Source: Hyphochytrium catenoides | Taxonomy: Eukaryota; Protista; Hyphochytriomycota | Assembly: GCA_900088475.1 (NCBI GenBank) | Contig: FLMG01000941.1 | Span: 124,001-188,000 of the forward strand | Reading direction: 5' to 3' | Length of the DNA: 64,000 bases | Shown: positions 60,636-64,000 of the stretch, piece after piece | Position numbering within the stretch: the first letter of the stretch is position 1 | How the letters are laid out: each line of letters starts with the position of its first letter | Made by a program: the position numbers and the translations under genes | The notes under the pieces: generated by a model | Seen by the model: only the letters and a program-made list of their open reading frames with translations | Databases searched by the model: none | What the model was told of the DNA's origin: nothing

Positions 60636-61053
60636 CTGTTGAGGCTTTGCCATCACAATCCAAAACCATCAGAATCCAGATTTCCTCCAAACCGTAAATA
60701 GACGAGCTCACACCACAATCTCCGCTGGGCAATAATCCATCGGTGTAACACGATCTCATGCTGCCAATGGCTCCGAAACCCGATAATGTACGCTTTCAAC
60801 TAATAACCTTGCCACTACTTTTCTTTCATTCCGAATTGCGAAAGTAATGGGAAAGACCTCCTATCGAAGATTCACGCAAAGGCTAAAATAGTCCTGTAGC
60901 GCTAAATACATAGCGGTATAGCCCAGAGTAACATGTGATGTACGACAAGAATAGACGAACAATCTGCCAAAGGCGAAAATATTAGGAGAGTGAGAACAGA
61001 GTGAGAGAGTTGATGTGTTGATGCCTCCGAAGAACTCTCTCAGAAGCTCCACA

Positions 61054-61097
<44 letters not shown>

Positions 61098-61676
61098 CAC
61101 ATGCAAAGCTCTGCTATCCAGGTCTTATTGCTCCTGTCTCACTTCCCAAGGAGGGCACACAGTCGGACATTATGGAGCTGACCTCTAGGAGGATTGCTCG
61201 TCCGAAGGAGCTTCGGCATGTTCAAAGGGCTGAAGCCTGCGGGGAGATTCATATCGGCGACCTTCTGTGTACAGGGCGACTGAGCTTCCTTTCATCGGAC
61301 GAAGCCAGAAACTTCTCTCTTCCTCTGATAGAATAGGTGAAGTAGGTGTCTATGTTGAGATGATGAAGTAAAGGATCTCCACGGTGTGGAAGCTCTGCCC
61401 TACAAGAGGAGTGCCGTTCTTCTTCACACTCCCGATATCATCCGCTCTCCTTTTGTTGGGCTACAAGCGTCAGGGAAAAATGGTCTTATCATATATCGCA
61501 AGAGTCAAGCCTTCATAGTTGCTCTATTATTATCCGTTAGAGCATTTAGGGGAGCTCTAGAAGAGCCCTTCCAAACTGCTATCCAGAGGGTAAAGTGCTT
61601 AACTGGAGAGTGAAGAAGAAGGGAAGGAGCAGCAGAAGTAGAGAGAGCTTCTTAACTCCGTCCTACTCCCTCTCCC

Positions 61677-63937
61677 CTAGCTGACAAAGGTTGGTTGCTT
61701 GGTGGTGGGCGTTCTTCCTTCTCCAAACTGTCTTTCGATGACGTCTGTCCGGTCTTGGCCCACACCGATCCATCTGTGTAATGTCAAAAACCAGGAGAAG
61801 AAGAAGAATCGATGGAGGGATAAAGCGGGTTTGGGGCGAGAAAGAGAGAGAGAAAGAGAGAGAGGGAGAGAGTCAGTGGCGGAACATACAGAGCGATAGA
61901 GTTGCCCCTCAACTTTCTCCCCTTTGCCAAAGCTGATGTTAGAACCTAAGAACCTCTAGACCTTCCTACCCTGTGATAGGCTTCCATGCTCGCAGGAAGT
62001 CTACAATTCGGTGTCGCATCTCCCTCTCCTTCTCTCTCTTCCCTAAAGAATAGTTACCTAATGTGGACTCCAAGGAGCTCTTCGACTCTCAGGACATAGT
62101 TCTGGGCCGCCTCAGGTAGCTCTGAGAAGTGCTTGCACTTTGAAATGTCCTCCTTCCATCCTAGTGAAAAAGAAGAACAAAGAAGTGCATATCCCGCAAA
62201 AGATCAGACAAACTCAGAAATGAAAAAGATTAGTAGCTTTGCCCAAAGGAAGCGGACAAAAGGGAGACACAGAAACGTCAGAGTGAAAGAAAGCGTAAGA
62301 TTCTCTCACCAGGAAGTGACTCATACTGCACAATGGACTCAGAGAGGATCTGCAGGTTGGAAGGCATGCCTTGCAGCTTCTTTCCTTTGTGCCAGTACGC
62401 AATTCCAATTTTCACCTGGAAAAGCCAGTCTTATTATGAAGAAGCTTGTTGAGGTTGAAAGAAGAAGGACGCTTTATGCAGAACGCCGAGTGATAAGGAA
62501 ATAGAGACGTTGATGGAAGAAGAGAGGGTGTACAGCCGAGCCAGGATCATTTGAGCAGAATGCAGTAAACTGAAGAGGAAGTTAAAAGTGGAAGAGACAG
62601 CAACGAAGGCGGAAGAGGGGATCTAGTCTGGCTTTACCTCGTCCAGTCCGGTCAGGACATCAAGCTTGGTGAGGTTAAGATCAGTAAAGCCGTTGACCAG
62701 AATCGAGTACTTCATCTGAGGGATGTCCAACCACCCACATCTCCTCTTCCTTCCGGTGGTAGTGCCGAACTCAGCTCCCACAGAGCTATACGATTGCACG
62801 GAAGAGTAGTCCGATTAGAACAAAGAGGAGAAGGGATGGAGAAAGAGAGAGACAGAGATGGGAAAGGGAATATACGGATAGAGAGCCCCGGCAGGAAAGG
62901 GTCGGCAAGGTTGATGCTGGGCCATGACGGCCTACGTAAACGCATACGGAGACAGCAAGTAATAGGAAGGGAATATGGTTGTGCGGAGCCGCTTACCAGA
63001 GATGCTCACCGACGGCATCGTGAAGCTCAGTGGGGAATGGCCCCTCTCCGACCCTTGTGCAGTACTGGCAGCAAATAGTCGAGGGAGAGAGATACAGCAA
63101 ACAGGTATTGAGACGGTATTCAAAGGGAAAGACTGAAGAGTTGCATGGAGAGACAGGTTGACTGAAGAGTTGCATGGATGGAGACAAGGTTCGAAACAAG
63201 CAATCAAAGGAAGAGACGGGGGCAAAATTAGCAGAGAAGAGACCCAGGAAACTTCAACCAATAGCTGCCTTGGTGACTCTCTCTTCCCCTTGTCTGTTTT
63301 TTCTGCCCTCAACGGAACTTTGTCTCTTCTTACCGCCTTGACGATGCCGTAAATGTTGTTAATACGGTTGGGAGAGATGCCTCCGCCGGTGCAGACGGAG
63401 CCAATAGAAGGGTTGGAGGAGGTGACAAAGGGATAGGTGCCGAAATCAATATCCAGCATCGTGGCATTGGCGCCCTCCACCAAGATCTTCTTGCCCTTAA
63501 TATAGCAGTCGTTGATAAACTCGATGGTGTCACAGGTCATTGCATCTACACGGTCTCTGCAGGAGCAAGAGTACAATCGCCAAAGAGCGTAAGCGTAAGA
63601 CCGAGAGAAGGAAGTCGAACGAAAGTTAGGCTTAAGAAATTTAGGAGCACGATCACGAACGGCTGAGAGAAAGGGTGAGGTAGGTAGCATACAATCTAGT
63701 GGACCTCGGAGACTGAGAGGTAAGAGGAAGGTTCGGACGACATCTGCGCCTATGCCCAGGTCTAGATTCTTCTCTCTTTCTCTCCCGCTATCTCTCGCTT
63801 ATCATTGATAGTTATAGCCTCACCTGATGGCCCTATACTTCTCAATCTCGGCTTCTACGTCCACCTTCAGACCAGGGTTGGAGGCCTCAGAGACTTGAAT
63901 CAAACTCTTCAGCTTCTCCACAAAGTCGTCGAAGTTG
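61677..63937 (-). CDS. ADSS: Adenylosuccinate synthetase, 3' seven exons (gene continues beyond the window)
   Basis: Motifs [82 protein letters not shown] and [12 protein letters not shown] at 61679-61677. Confidence 0.97.
63131..63191 (+). repeat. Imperfect tandem duplication of about 30 bp in an ADSS intron
   Basis: gactgaagagttgcatgga occurs twice, each time followed by a gagaca..ggtt variant. Confidence 0.8.
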
Positions 63938-64000
63938 CTAGATGGGAGTGAACAGAAGGAGGCATTAATGAGGGAAAGCGGTGGCAGTAGAAGGGCAGAG

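Noticed and set aside
1443-63937. Alternative genetic code or stop-codon readthrough
   Set aside because: All conserved genes splice without in-frame stops, and TAA, TAG and TGA each end at least one gene.

Overview
Intron-rich eukaryotic nuclear DNA with the standard genetic code (TAA, TAG and TGA all end genes). It is most likely from a stramenopile, which I infer from insertions in the V-ATPase C subunit. The window is saturated with (CT)n/(GA)n microsatellites, and most of the N gaps lie in or next to them. Most short ORFs in the track are artefacts of these repeats. By hand-splicing I could build about 17 protein-coding genes with roughly 80 introns: V-ATPase subunit C, a PAN/Apple membrane protein, TXNL4B/Dim2, a tail-anchored disordered protein, an acyltransferase-3, an M32 carboxypeptidase, a conserved HAD-like protein, two hypothetical proteins, SIRT4, a LisH-CTLH-WD40 protein, an intronless ERG4, an ankyrin-WW-RING E3 ligase, SURF1, an SLC43/FMP42 transporter, the 3' part of adenylosuccinate synthetase and a truncated coiled-coil gene. 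I saw no tRNA, rRNA, CRISPR array or recognisable transposon. I did not find a clearly new multi-gene system. The best leads concern splicing: an intact minor-spliceosome factor TXNL4B, one intron whose best-fitting donor is AT rather than GT, and GA/CT bipartite introns. Other leads are strand-oriented CT tracts upstream of genes and some intron-poor genes from patchily distributed families.
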